Origin: an uncultured Clostridium sp.
Lineage (GTDB): Bacteria > Bacillota > Clostridia > TANB77 > CAG-508
DNA: 64,000 bases
Assembly: GCA_946639585.1 (NCBI GenBank)
Contig: CAMPBS010000005.1
Location: 5,187 to 69,186 of the forward strand
Direction: 5' to 3'
The notes under the pieces were generated by a model that was not told the DNA's origin, did not search any database, and was given only the letters and a program-made list of their open reading frames with translations. Both the position numbers and the translations under genes were made by a program. The first letter of the stretch is position 1; every line of letters begins with the position of its first letter. Positions 29,429-40,923 of this stretch are shown piece after piece.

Positions 29429-31693
29429 TTACATCATGCTATTTGGATTCACATCTATGCTAACCCTAGTATTCTTTAAATTATGATTGTAAACAATCCT
29501 TAAAGCTTTGTTTAAAATTGTATTAGCCTTTTCATCGACGTTTCCTTTTATAATAATTCTCCATCTAAATCTATTTTGTATTTTATCTACTGGGCAAGGC
29601 ATTGGTTTGAAGATTTTGAAATCTTCTTCATTTAGCACCTGTTTTAAATAATTATACATATTTGTACTTACATTTTGTATTTCTTTTTCATTTGTACTAT
29701 TAAAACCAATTAATATTATATCGCAAAATGGCGGATATTTCAACTGTTTTCTTAAAGCAATTTCTGTTTTATAAAACATTTCATAATCTTGTTTTTTGCT
29801 ACATTCTATACTGAAGTTTTCCGGAGTGTAGCTTTGTATAATTACTTTTCCTTTTTTGTTTTCTCTTCCGGCTCGTCCAGCAACTTGCGTTAGTATTTGA
29901 AATGTCCTTTCATTTGCTCTGTAATCGTCTATATTTAAAGAACTATCTGCTGTTATTACTCCTACAAGTGTTACATTGGGGAAATGGTGTCCTTTTACTA
30001 CCATTTGTGTTCCAATTAGGATATCTATGTTTTCATTTTTGAATTTGTTTAAAATCACTTCGTGTGAGTTCTTTTTTGTTACTGTGTCGACATCCATTCT
30101 TATTGTTGATGCCTGTGGAAATTGCTTGTTTATTTCTTGTTCTAGTTTTTGAGTTCCTGTTCCAAAATATCTAATTTTATCGCTTCCGCATTCTGGACAT
30201 TTTGTTACTACTTTTTCTTCATGTCCACAATAGTGACATTTTAGCGTATTTCCGAATTTATGATATGTTAAACTGATGTTGCAATTTGGACATTTTACTG
30301 TATAACCACATTCTCTGCACATTATAAATGTCGAGTAGCCTCTCCTATTTAAAAATAAGATTGTTTGAAGTTTGTTTTTCAAATTTTCTTCAATTGCTGA
30401 ATATAAGTCTATACTTAACATCGACCTGTTTCCATTTGCAAGTTCTTGTTTTAAATCTACAACTTCAACTTCTGGTAAACTTGATTCATTTGCTCTTTTG
30501 GTTAGTTTTAGAAGTTCTATTTTTTCTTTTTTTCCCGTATTGTTATCATCTTGATTTGGCTCCATTGTTGCTCTATAATATGTGTTTAAATCTGGTGTTG
30601 CACTTCCTAATACAACCGGACATTTATTTACTTTTCCTATAACTTCCGCTATTTCTTTTGCATTGTATTTGGGAGTTGTTTCAGATTTATATGAGCTATC
30701 GTGTTCTTCATCTATTATTACCAATCCAAGATTTTCTAATGGCGCAAATATTGCTGACCTTGCTCCTATTACTATTTTTATTTTGCCTTCTTTAATCTTT
30801 TTCCACTCATCATGTCTTTCTCCTATTGAAAGTTTACTATGTAATACAGCAATTTCTTCTTTTCCAAACCTTGATATAAATCTATCTAACATTTGTGGTG
30901 TTAGCGATATTTCTGGAACTAGCACTATTGCTGTTTTTCCTTTTTCTATAACTTTTTTTATTAGTTGTAAATATATTTCTGTTTTTCCTGAACCTGTAAC
31001 TCCATATAATAAGAATTCCTTAAATTTGCTATCATTAATTGTTTTTTCTACTTCATCATAAGCTTTTTGTTGTTCTTCTGTTAGTTTTAAATTTTTAGTT
31101 AATTCTATTTTTTTATTTTCTAGTGGATTTCTTTCAACAGTTTTTTCTACTAACTCTAAATATTCATTTTTTATCAATGTATTTATTATTGCTCTTGATG
31201 TGTCTGTAAATGTTTCTAATTCAGGTATTGTACATCCTTCATTGTCTTTTACAAATTTTAAAATTCTTATTTGTTTTTCTGATTTTATTTTTTTTGTTTC
31301 AATTTCAAATTCTATTTCTTCTATCTCTTTTTTTAAATAAACTACATTGATTGTTTTGTCTTGAACTTTGTTTTCTTTTCTTCCTGTCCCTGGTGTTAGC
31401 ATTAGTTTTATGCAGTCTGAAACATTGCAAAAATAATGCTTTGCCATCCATTTTGCAAGTTTTATTTGAAAATCTGTTAAATTATCTTCTATTTTTGCTA
31501 TATCTTTTATTTCATAATTTGAACTTTCTTTTATCCCTATTACATAGGCTTCTTCAAGTTTTTTTGAGTTACCAAATGGCACCAAAACTTTACTTCCTAT
31601 AATTACAAACTCTTGCATTTCGCTTGGGATGTTGTAATCAAAAGTTCTATTCAATTTTTTTGCGGATCTATTTATGATTACTTCTGCTACCAT
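29429..31693 (-). CDS. priA: primosomal protein N' (PriA helicase)
   Basis: Walker A GVTGSGKTE, DEEH box, and a Cys4 zinc cluster CRECGYTVKCPNC..CHYCG. Confidence 0.95.
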   Translation of the reverse strand: MVAEVIINRSAKKLNRTFDYNIPSEMQEFVIIGSKVLVPFGNSKKLEEAYVIGIKESSNYEIKDIAKIEDNLTDFQIKLAKWMAKHYFCNVSDCIKLMLTPGTGRKENKVQDKTINVVYLKKEIEEIEFEIETKKIKSEKQIRILKFVKDNEGCTIPELETFTDTSRAIINTLIKNEYLELVEKTVERNPLENKKIELTKNLKLTEEQQKAYDEVEKTINDSKFKEFLLYGVTGSGKTEIYLQLIKKVIEKGKTAIVLVPEISLTPQMLDRFISRFGKEEIAVLHSKLSIGERHDEWKKIKEGKIKIVIGARSAIFAPLENLGLVIIDEEHDSSYKSETTPKYNAKEIAEVIGKVNKCPVVLGSATPDLNTYYRATMEPNQDDNNTGKKEKIELLKLTKRANESSLPEVEVVDLKQELANGNRSMLSIDLYSAIEENLKNKLQTILFLNRRGYSTFIMCRECGYTVKCPNCNISLTYHKFGNTLKCHYCGHEEKVVTKCPECGSDKIRYFGTGTQKLEQEINKQFPQASTIRMDVDTVTKKNSHEVILNKFKNENIDILIGTQMVVKGHHFPNVTLVGVITADSSLNIDDYRANERTFQILTQVAGRAGRENKKGKVIIQSYTPENFSIECSKKQDYEMFYKTEIALRKQLKYPPFCDIILIGFNSTNEKEIQNVSTNMYNYLKQVLNEEDFKIFKPMPCPVDKIQNRFRWRIIIKGNVDEKANTILNKALRIVYNHNLKNTRVSIDVNPNSMM

Positions 31694-31748
31694 TTTCTAC
31701 TCCTTTTGTTCTATATTCTATCACAAAAAATCTAAATTGCAAAGTGGT

Positions 31749-31783
31749 ATTATGCTTTTGGGGAGTGTCCCAAAAAGCATAAT
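31749..31783. repeat. copy c of the GTGTCCCAAAAAG repeat family (full hairpin)
   Basis: ATTATGCTTTTGGGGAGTGTCCCAAAAAGCATAAT, between the divergent priA and the small membrane-protein gene. Confidence 0.65.
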
Positions 31784-31845
31784 GGAATTTATTTACATTG
31801 TTTTCTTTATTTAAAGGTGTTACTATTAGTTATGGAGGGATTGTC

Positions 31846-32103
31846 ATGAAATTTTTTAAACAGTGTCTTGAAAGTTTTAAGAGTTTAGAAAAGAAAACTC
31901 GTATAATAATAAAAAATGGAATTAGGTTTTGTTTTTTACTTTGTATTGTGTCTTGTTTTGTCCTTCTCACATACACTTTTGTTTCAACAAATCCTATTAC
32001 ATATTATATTGGTTTAGCTCTTTTTAAATTAAGCCTTTATTTTATGCTTGAATTTGTTATCTGCGGATTTGTGGTTGATGGCATTAAAAACAAAGCTATA
32101 TAA
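31846..32103 (+). CDS. small membrane protein (2-3 TM), hypothetical
   Basis: GGAGGG RBS before the ATG at 31846 (MKFFKQCLESF..). Hydrophobic segments. Confidence 0.5.
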   Translation: MKFFKQCLESFKSLEKKTRIIIKNGIRFCFLLCIVSCFVLLTYTFVSTNPITYYIGLALFKLSLYFMLEFVICGFVVDGIKNKAI

Positions 32104-32133
32104 AAAGTGTCCTTCTAGGACACTTTGCTTTTA
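32102..32133. terminator. bidirectional terminator between convergent genes
   Basis: AAAGTGTCC-TTCTA-GGACACTTT. Confidence 0.7.
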
Positions 32134-33465
32134 TTCATTATTTGCTTTTGTTGATAATAATTTTTCCATTATTTTTTCTAATTCTACTGTCTTTTCTTTT
32201 CTTGTAATATAGTATGTATCTTTTCCTGATTCTTTTTCAAAGTATACTGATTCAAAATCTACTCCATTTCCAAGTTCTTTTCCTTCTCTATTTATTAAAT
32301 AATACTTTTTATCTTTTTTGCCTACTATTAAATCATACTCTGGAATTATTATTGTACTTTTGGCTGTCTTACTGTTTGAAACCACGCATCCCAAGCTATC
32401 ATAATCAAGTTTTGTAAGTTGTTTTCCATTTAAATCGTATAATGCCCATTTTTTATCTTTCATAACAGGTATATAATAATCTAATAATATATATTTATTT
32501 TTTAAATTGTTATTTTCAAATTTCTTAATATCAATTCCAATACTATCAAATGATGCTGGTATAACTATAGTATCATTTTTATCTATTACTCCATACCTAT
32601 CGTCTTGTTTTATTACATATAATTTGGTACTTTGACTTATTAAATCAATATCTTGATACTTTGTTTTAATTATGTCTTTACCTTGTGCATCTTTTATTCC
32701 CATTTTACCATTGCTTGTAATTAAAAATTCATTTGAAACAGGTATATATGAAATTTTATCATATTTAGTTTCTAATATTTCACTTTTATTTGCCATATCA
32801 TATACGCCATATTTTCCTCTATTGTCTATTGTTATTACTAAATCATCAATGCTTGCTTTAGCGTCATCAAAATCATCTGAAATTGATGCAAACTCTAATT
32901 CTAATGCACTTTTCTTATAAATATCCATAATATATGGCATTGTTTGAATTATTATTTTATTATTTTTTTCATTATATTCATAATACACATTAAATGCTTT
33001 CATCATTCCTTTAGGCGAAATGTATAATTTTCCTGAAATGATTTTTACTGGCTCATCTATTTCGTAATATGCACTTTCCAATGTTTTAGGATTTATTTTT
33101 TCGATTTTATTTGAATTGGCAACAAAGTTTACGATCTCATCTGTTGATTCTATATAGCATTTATCTGTTTCTTCTGATTTATTAATATAGTCTCCATTAA
33201 ATCCATTATAACCCAATAAAGGCGCAATTTCTTTTATCGGTATTTTTACGTCTTTTTCTTCAATTAATAATATCTTTTTTAATTCTGAATTAGATTTTCC
33301 ATCTAATGTTACAACTAATGGTTCCTTTTTTAATGCCATCATCAAAACCATTATAACAACTATAGCTATTGAGATAAGTATTATGCAAATTAATAATATT
33401 TTTGTTGTATTTTTTGTTTTATTCCCTTTTTTGGGTTGTACAAATTCTTCATCAAATATATTCAT
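32131..33465 (-). CDS. membrane-anchored WG-repeat (KWG-type) protein
   Basis: N-terminal transmembrane segment. Repeated units GKYGVYDM.., GKMGIKDAQGK.., RYGVIDKNDTIVIP.., KKWALYDLNGKQL.. Confidence 0.65.
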   Translation of the reverse strand: MNIFDEEFVQPKKGNKTKNTTKILLICIILISIAIVVIMVLMMALKKEPLVVTLDGKSNSELKKILLIEEKDVKIPIKEIAPLLGYNGFNGDYINKSEETDKCYIESTDEIVNFVANSNKIEKINPKTLESAYYEIDEPVKIISGKLYISPKGMMKAFNVYYEYNEKNNKIIIQTMPYIMDIYKKSALELEFASISDDFDDAKASIDDLVITIDNRGKYGVYDMANKSEILETKYDKISYIPVSNEFLITSNGKMGIKDAQGKDIIKTKYQDIDLISQSTKLYVIKQDDRYGVIDKNDTIVIPASFDSIGIDIKKFENNNLKNKYILLDYYIPVMKDKKWALYDLNGKQLTKLDYDSLGCVVSNSKTAKSTIIIPEYDLIVGKKDKKYYLINREGKELGNGVDFESVYFEKESGKDTYYITRKEKTVELEKIMEKLLSTKANNE

Positions 33466-33497
33466 TGGTATGTCCCCCTTATATTTTAAGTGAAAAT

Positions 33498-34625
<1,128 letters not shown>

Positions 34626-34667
34626 TTATTTCCTTTCATTTTTTATATGCAATATTTAGAAACCATA

Positions 34668-35690
34668 TTAATTAATAAACATTGCGTCTCCGAAGCTGAA
34701 GAAACGATATCTTTCTTTTACCGCTTCATTGTAGGCTTTCATTATAAAATCTCTTCCAGCTAAACTTGAAACAAGCATTAGTAATGTTGATTCTGGTAAA
34801 TGAAAATTTGTAATTAAACCATCTAAAATTTTGAATTTATACCCAGGATAAATAAATATTTGTGTATCTCCTTCTGTCGCTTTTACTAATCCATTTTCAT
34901 CTGCTACTGTTTCTAAAACTCTACATGATGTTGTTCCTACAGCTATTACTCTTCTTCCTTCTTGTTTTGCTTTGTTTATTATATCTACATCTTCTTGTTT
35001 AATATAAAAGTGTTCTGAGTGCATATGATGTTCTTCAACTTTTTCAACTTTTACTGGTCTAAATGTCCCGATTCCAACATGTAGTGTAACGTTTGCTACT
35101 TCTACACCTTTTTCTTTTAGTTTTTCAAATAGTTCTGGTGTGAAGTGTAAACCTGCTGTAGGTGCTGCTGCTGAACCATTATATTTAGCATAAACAGTTT
35201 GATATCTATCTTTTTGTTTTAATTCTTCATGTATATATGGTGGAAGTGGCATTAGTCCTATTTTATCTAGAATTTCGTTAAAAATTCCATTATAAGTGAA
35301 TTTAACTTTTCTTGTTCCACCTTCCATTACATCTAAAACCTCTGCTTCTAATAAGCCATCGCCAAATATAACTTTAGTTCCAATATGTAATTTATTTCCT
35401 GGTCTTACAATACTCTCCCAAATGTCACCTTCTATATTGTTTAAAAGCAAAAATTCAACATTAGCTCCTGTTTCTTTTTTGCCATATAGTCTTGCTGGAA
35501 TTACCTTTGTATTGTTTCTAACAAGCACATCTCCTGGTTCTAGATAATCTATTATATCTTTAAATGTTTTATGTTCAATTGTTTGTTTTTCTCTATTTAA
35601 TACCATTAATCTTGACTCATCTCTTTTTTCTATAGGAGTTTGAGCTATTAATTCTTCTGGTAAATCATAGTAAAAATCTTTTACATCCAT
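34668..35690 (-). CDS. queA: S-adenosylmethionine:tRNA ribosyltransferase-isomerase
   Basis: [26 protein letters not shown] and [10 protein letters not shown] motifs. Confidence 0.95.
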   Translation of the reverse strand: MDVKDFYYDLPEELIAQTPIEKRDESRLMVLNREKQTIEHKTFKDIIDYLEPGDVLVRNNTKVIPARLYGKKETGANVEFLLLNNIEGDIWESIVRPGNKLHIGTKVIFGDGLLEAEVLDVMEGGTRKVKFTYNGIFNEILDKIGLMPLPPYIHEELKQKDRYQTVYAKYNGSAAAPTAGLHFTPELFEKLKEKGVEVANVTLHVGIGTFRPVKVEKVEEHHMHSEHFYIKQEDVDIINKAKQEGRRVIAVGTTSCRVLETVADENGLVKATEGDTQIFIYPGYKFKILDGLITNFHLPESTLLMLVSSLAGRDFIMKAYNEAVKERYRFFSFGDAMFIN

Positions 35691-35719
35691 CTTTTATTCC
35701 CTCTTTTTTCAAAACCTGG

Positions 35720-35754
35720 TTTTTTGAGAGTGTCCCAAAAAGTCTCTCAAAAAA
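35720..35754. repeat. copy d of the GTGTCCCAAAAAG repeat family
   Basis: TTTTTTGAGAGTGTCCCAAAAAGTCTCTCAAAAAA, 30 nt upstream of the queA start. Confidence 0.65.
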
Positions 35755-35796
35755 TCACATTAAAATTTTACCATATTTTAGCGCATTTGTCCATAC

Positions 35797-35824
35797 TAAA
35801 AGAGCAGTATTTACTGCTCTTTTA
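35797..35824 (-). terminator. terminator after the small charged-protein gene
   Basis: AAAAGAGCAGT-ATTT-ACTGCTCTTTT. Confidence 0.65.
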
Positions 35825-35839
35825 AAGTTTTTGGTCAAA

Positions 35840-36055
35840 TTATTTGTTCCTCTTCGCTTTTTCCTTTTCAAGTCTCTGGCGTTCGGCTTCTTTTGCAGCT
35901 TTGCGCATCGCTTCTTCTTGCTCACGAGCACGCATCGCTTCTTCTTGTTTTCTTTTTTTCTCATCTTCGTACTTGTGTGGATTAGCGAATCTCTCAAGTC
36001 TATCTTTGAACTTATTGAGATTAGCAAATCTCTCAAAAACTTCAAACAATTTCAT
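35840..36055 (-). CDS. small highly charged protein with internal repeats (hypothetical)
   Basis: AAAGGAGG RBS. MKLFEVFERFANLNKFKDRLERFANPHKYEDEKKRKQEEAMRAREQEEAMRKAAKEAERQRLEKEKAKRNK. Two repeat pairs are visible at the DNA level. Confidence 0.6.
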   Translation of the reverse strand: MKLFEVFERFANLNKFKDRLERFANPHKYEDEKKRKQEEAMRAREQEEAMRKAAKEAERQRLEKEKAKRNK

Positions 36056-36153
36056 AATGCATGCCTCCTTTAAGTAACTTGTTTGAAACTATAACTTATG
36101 TACATATATTTTATTTTCATTTAAATAAAAAGTCAAGTATTTTCATGTGAATG

Positions 36154-36182
36154 TTGGCATTTGTTGAAATTTATGTTATAAT
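36154..36182 (+). promoter_or_regulatory. sigmaA-type promoter of the large U32 gene
   Basis: TTGGCA (36154-36159), 17 nt, TATAAT (36177-36182). Confidence 0.55.
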
Positions 36183-36222
36183 TTATTCGAATAATAGTGA
36201 TTTTATTTAAAGGAGTTTTTTT

Positions 36223-38646
36223 ATGGTAGAATTGCTTTCTCCTGTTGGAGATTTTGAGTGCTTAAAAGCTGCTGTTCAAAATGGAGCAAATTGCGTTTAT
36301 TTTGGAGCTACAAGTTTTAGTGCTAGAGCTTCTGCTTCTAATTTCAATTTAGAAAATTTAGCAAAAGCTATTGAATATGCAAAATTAAGAGGTGTTCGCA
36401 CTAACTTAACTTTAAACACTTTGATTAAGGATGAAGAATTTGAAGATGCTTATAATCTTGCTAAAAAAGCATATGAATTTGGTATTGATGCAATAATTGT
36501 TCAAGATTTAGGATTAGGTTTGAAACTTATTAAAGATTTTCCGGATTTAGCAATACATGCAAGTACTCAGATGTCTGTTCACAATTTACAAGGTGTTTTA
36601 CAACTACAAGAACTGGGCTTTAAACGTGTTGTTTTAGCTAGAGAATTATCCGCACAAGAAATTGAATATATTTGTAAAAATTCTAATGTTGAAATAGAGT
36701 GTTTTATTCACGGAGCATTATGTATTTGCTATTCTGGTCAATGCCTATTTTCTAGTATGATAGGCGGAAGATCTGGCAACCGTGGTAAATGTGCTCAGCC
36801 TTGCAGACTTCCATATAGCCTTGTAAATAAAGAAGGGAAAAAATTAGATAATGGTTATATTATTTCACCTAAAGATTTATGTGGTTTAGATTTTATTCCT
36901 TTTTTAATTGATGCGGGTGTTACTTCTTTTAAAATCGAAGGTAGAATGAAAACTCCAGAATATGTTGCAATTGTTACAAAGATTTATAGAAAATACATAG
37001 ATTTGGCACTTTCGGGCAATAAATTTGTAATAGATGAAAATGATAAAAAAGATTTACTACAAGTTTTTAATCGTGGTTTATCTTCTTCTGGTCATTTAGA
37101 AAAAGATGCTAATACAAGTTTAGTTTATAAAGAAAAACCTAATAATATGGGCTTGCCTCTAGGAATTGTTCAAGGTTACAATAAAAACAAAGGTTATATT
37201 ACTTTAAAACTAAAAGAAAATATTCAAGTTGGCGATACTATTTCATTAGAACATGAAAATGGAACTTATACAATTTCTGAATTGATGAAAGAAAATACTA
37301 GTAAATTGGAGAATATTGATATTGGTAAATTAGGTCAAACTGTTATAATAGGCAGAATGAAAGGAAATATCAATTTAGGTGATAAAATTTTCAAAATGTC
37401 TTCTAAAGAGCTTAATTTATCCGCATTAGAGAGCATGAAACATGAAAATAAAAAAATTCCTTTAGTTGCAAAAGTTACAATAAAAAAGAACTTACCTATT
37501 TCAATTAGAGTCAAAAGCTCAAGTGATTTAGAACTGTATAGAGATTTGGATTTAACTTTTTATTTAAATGAATTACCTATTGAAGCAATTAATAAACCTC
37601 TTGAAAGTAGTACAGTTATAGAAAAAATAAATAAAACTGGTAATACAATTTTTGAGTTTTCTAAAATTACTGTTGAACTAGATAAAAATGTTTTTATTCC
37701 TAAATTAAGTTTATTGAACGAATTAAGGAGAAATATTTTAGAAATGGTTGAAGATTATGCTACTAAGAAAATGGCTCGCAAGCCAAGTAATAAAACTGTT
37801 TCAATACCTAATGGTTCTACAACTAAAAAAGGAAATCCAAAAATTTCAGTGCTTTTAAATATTTTGAACCAAGATTTTGACTATTCAAAATTAGAAAATA
37901 TAGATAATTTATACATACCGCTAAAATATTTTTCTAATAAAACATATAGCAATATTTTAGATTTACTAAGTAACAAATTTAATCTATATATTTATTTACC
38001 GACAATTATTAAAGCAAATTATAGAAATATTTTTTATAATAATATTGAAAAAGCAATTGATTCTTACAAAATAAAAGGTTTTGTACTTTCTAATATTTCT
38101 AATTTTGTTTTAATTAAGGATTTGATTGAAAAATATAATAATTTACAACTAGTTGCAAATTATACTTTTAATATTTATAATAATTTTACTATAAAAGAGC
38201 TTAAAAAACTTGGTATTTCTAAATATAATGTTAGTCCTGAATTAGATAAGAATTCTATTTTAAGTTTAGGAAATGATTGCAAAAAAGAATTAATTGTTTA
38301 TGGAAAAATACCTGTTATTAACACTAATTATTGTATGCTTGGAAAGACTAATAAATGTTATCCTAAATGTGATGCCAAGTGTACAAATTCTGATGAAATC
38401 TATTATTTGGAAGACAGGATGAATATGAATTTCGAAATTTTGCCAGATAATATTCAAACAGTAACAACGGTTTATAATAGTAAAACATTTTCTATTTTGC
38501 CAAATGATTTTAATTTAGATTTTGCAAGAATTGATATTTTACATGAAGATATTGATAAAATAAATGAAATAATAACAAAAGTTAAAAACAATGAAAGATT
38601 TGAAGGTAAAGAGTTTACTAATGGAAATCTAAACAGAGATATTTAA
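36223..38646 (+). CDS. large U32 family peptidase-like protein (U32 domain plus long C-terminal extension)
   Basis: MVELLSPVGDFECLKAAVQNGANCVYFG.. and a Cys-rich GKCAQPCRLPY motif. 807 aa. Confidence 0.8.
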   Translation: MVELLSPVGDFECLKAAVQNGANCVYFGATSFSARASASNFNLENLAKAIEYAKLRGVRTNLTLNTLIKDEEFEDAYNLAKKAYEFGIDAIIVQDLGLGLKLIKDFPDLAIHASTQMSVHNLQGVLQLQELGFKRVVLARELSAQEIEYICKNSNVEIECFIHGALCICYSGQCLFSSMIGGRSGNRGKCAQPCRLPYSLVNKEGKKLDNGYIISPKDLCGLDFIPFLIDAGVTSFKIEGRMKTPEYVAIVTKIYRKYIDLALSGNKFVIDENDKKDLLQVFNRGLSSSGHLEKDANTSLVYKEKPNNMGLPLGIVQGYNKNKGYITLKLKENIQVGDTISLEHENGTYTISELMKENTSKLENIDIGKLGQTVIIGRMKGNINLGDKIFKMSSKELNLSALESMKHENKKIPLVAKVTIKKNLPISIRVKSSSDLELYRDLDLTFYLNELPIEAINKPLESSTVIEKINKTGNTIFEFSKITVELDKNVFIPKLSLLNELRRNILEMVEDYATKKMARKPSNKTVSIPNGSTTKKGNPKISVLLNILNQDFDYSKLENIDNLYIPLKYFSNKTYSNILDLLSNKFNLYIYLPTIIKANYRNIFYNNIEKAIDSYKIKGFVLSNISNFVLIKDLIEKYNNLQLVANYTFNIYNNFTIKELKKLGISKYNVSPELDKNSILSLGNDCKKELIVYGKIPVINTNYCMLGKTNKCYPKCDAKCTNSDEIYYLEDRMNMNFEILPDNIQTVTTVYNSKTFSILPNDFNLDFARIDILHEDIDKINEIITKVKNNERFEGKEFTNGNLNRDI

Positions 38647-38675
38647 AAAGGACTGCACGCTGCAGTCCTTTATTT
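38646..38675. terminator. bidirectional terminator between convergent genes
   Basis: AAAGGACTGCA-CGC-TGCAGTCCTTT. Confidence 0.75.
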
Positions 38676-40181
38676 GTCTTGAATTTTTAATTCGAAGTAG
38701 AATTCAACTCCATTTTCTTTATTTATAACACCATAATCTTGTTCATAATTATTCATTATAGCTTTAACAATTGAAAGTCCGATTCCTGTTCCTCCATCTT
38801 GCCTATTTCGTGATTCATCTGCTTTATAAAATCTATTCCAAATTCTATATGTATCTTCTTCTTTTATATTTTCTCCTGTGTTAAAAACACTTATTCTTAC
38901 TATATTTTTTTCTAAATCTATATCATTTGAAATTTTAATAATTTTTTTCTTATTTATTTCCTTTACATTTTTTATAGCATTTGTAAAATAATTTGTAAGT
39001 ATTTGTTCAATATAGAATTCATCAGCAAATACGTTTATTTCTTTGTTTTCTTTGAATTTTACTTTTATGTTTTTTTCTTCTATCATAACTTTTGATTTTC
39101 TAATTATCTCATTTTCTAGTTCAACAATATTAAACTCTTTGTTATCAAATTCTCTTTTTCCATATTCTAATTTCATGAGTTCTAATAATTGTTTTACTAA
39201 TTTATCCATTTTATTTATTTCATCTAAAATTACTTCTGCATAAAATTTTCTATTTTCTTCATCTGTATTTACGTTTTCAATTAATCCTTCGCTATACCCT
39301 TGTATTAAAGCTATCGGAGTTTTTAATTCATGTGATACATCTGATATAAAACTTTTTCTCATTTCGTCTATTTTAGATTTTTCTTCTATATCTTTTTCGA
39401 GCTCCATATTGGTTTGTCTCAATTGCTTAATTGTTTTTTCAAGTTTGTCTGACATTATGTTTATACTTTTTCCAAGAGTATTTATTTCATCCTCATCATC
39501 TGTAATTCTGTATTTTTGGCTAAAATCTAGCTTTGACATTTTCTTTGCTATGTCATTTAATTCCAATATTGGATCTGTGAATTTTCTTGAAACAACTATT
39601 ATTATTACAGCTCCAATCAAAATTGTAAAACCTGCTATTAAGTATAAAAAATTGTTTGAAATTTTTACACTATCTTGAATTGCAGTTATTGGTATTCTCA
39701 AATATACTAAATACCCATTATCTAATTTTCCTGATAAAATGATATATGTAAATCCGTTTCTATAATCTGTCATTTTCTTTATTGTATAACTTTCTGTCTG
39801 TTCAAGGTTTTCCTCTATATTAGGTGAGATTATGTTCTTTTGCCCCGTTAGCTCTTCAGATGAAATAAAGAAATTCTTTTCAGAATTATATACATTCTCC
39901 TTTTGTGGATTTCTTATCAGAATATCAAAATTATGCATTACAGAAATTCTTTCTAATTCATTTTCAATGAATTGTTCAGACACATTATTTTTATAAAAAC
40001 TATTTATTTGGTCATATACAGTTTTTAAAGCTTTTTGTTTTGTTAATAAATAATAGGTTTCTAATACAAAATTATTTAGTATTATTAGAAAAAATATTAT
40101 TACTAAAACTGTTATACTTAATGTTAAAAACAGCTTTACTCTAACTGATTTTAGCGATTCTTTTATATTATTTAACTTCAA
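38670..40181 (-). CDS. two-component sensor histidine kinase
   Basis: Two transmembrane segments, HAMP, H-box SHELKTPIA, and G-box GGTGIGLSIVKAI. Confidence 0.9.
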   Translation of the reverse strand: MKLNNIKESLKSVRVKLFLTLSITVLVIIFFLIILNNFVLETYYLLTKQKALKTVYDQINSFYKNNVSEQFIENELERISVMHNFDILIRNPQKENVYNSEKNFFISSEELTGQKNIISPNIEENLEQTESYTIKKMTDYRNGFTYIILSGKLDNGYLVYLRIPITAIQDSVKISNNFLYLIAGFTILIGAVIIIVVSRKFTDPILELNDIAKKMSKLDFSQKYRITDDEDEINTLGKSINIMSDKLEKTIKQLRQTNMELEKDIEEKSKIDEMRKSFISDVSHELKTPIALIQGYSEGLIENVNTDEENRKFYAEVILDEINKMDKLVKQLLELMKLEYGKREFDNKEFNIVELENEIIRKSKVMIEEKNIKVKFKENKEINVFADEFYIEQILTNYFTNAIKNVKEINKKKIIKISNDIDLEKNIVRISVFNTGENIKEEDTYRIWNRFYKADESRNRQDGGTGIGLSIVKAIMNNYEQDYGVINKENGVEFYFELKIQDK

Positions 40182-40836
40182 ATTTATACCCTATTCCTCT
40201 CATTGTTTTTATATATTTTCCTTTTTTTCCAAGTTTATGCCTTATCTTTTTAATATGACTATCTATGGTTCTGGAATCCCCATAATAGTCATAATTCCAT
40301 ACATTATTTAAGATTTTATCACGAGATAATGCAATGTTTTCATTTTCTACTAAATATAATAATAATTCAAATTCTCTTAAACTTAATTCTACTATTTTTC
40401 CATCCGCCTTTACTGTTCTACCATTTTTGTCTATTTCAATTCCACCATAATCGGATGCTTTATTTTCTTCTGTTGATGTTCTTTTTAAAATCGCTTGTAC
40501 TCTTGCAACTAGTATTTTAGGACTAAACGGCTTTGAAATGTATTCATCTACACCAAGTTCGAAACCAAATAATTCGTCTTGTTCTTCTCCTCTTGCTGTA
40601 AGCATTATTATTGGCACCTTAGATTCTTGCCTAATTTGTCTTAAAACTGACCACCCATCTAGTTTTGGCATCATTACATCTAATAGAATTAAATCTACTT
40701 TATTTTTATTCTCATGAAATACTTCTAATGCTTTTTCTCCATCTTCTGCCTCTAATACACTATAACCACTCGCAATAAGAAAATCTTTTACTAATTTTCT
40801 CATTCTTGCTTCATCATCAACTATTAAAATATTCAC
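40168..40836 (-). CDS. OmpR-family response regulator
   Basis: Receiver domain (ILIVDDE .. LLDVMMPKLDG) plus a winged-helix C-terminus (RGIGYKF). GTG start. Confidence 0.9.
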   Translation of the reverse strand: MNILIVDDEARMRKLVKDFLIASGYSVLEAEDGEKALEVFHENKNKVDLILLDVMMPKLDGWSVLRQIRQESKVPIIMLTARGEEQDELFGFELGVDEYISKPFSPKILVARVQAILKRTSTEENKASDYGGIEIDKNGRTVKADGKIVELSLREFELLLYLVENENIALSRDKILNNVWNYDYYGDSRTIDSHIKKIRHKLGKKGKYIKTMRGIGYKFEVK

Positions 40837-40891
40837 TTCATCATCTCCTGCAATTTTTTACATTATAAAACACTATTATGTTCTTTTTGTG

Positions 40892-40919
40892 AAAAAAATT
40901 CGGCTAAGCCGAATTTTTT
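40892..40919. terminator. terminator after rpoD (twin of 48149-48177)
   Basis: AAAAAAATTCGGC-TAA-GCCGAATTTTTT. Confidence 0.75.
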
Positions 40920-40923
40920 ATTT

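Noticed and set aside
35755-36077. Alternative ORFs 35755-36045 (-), 35831-36073 (+) and 35844-36077 (+) overlapping the 71-aa gene
   Set aside because: Only the 35840-36055 frame has a strong RBS (AAAGGAGG) and stops before the terminator. The others run through the terminator or lack an RBS, and they exist because of the local GC-rich repeats.
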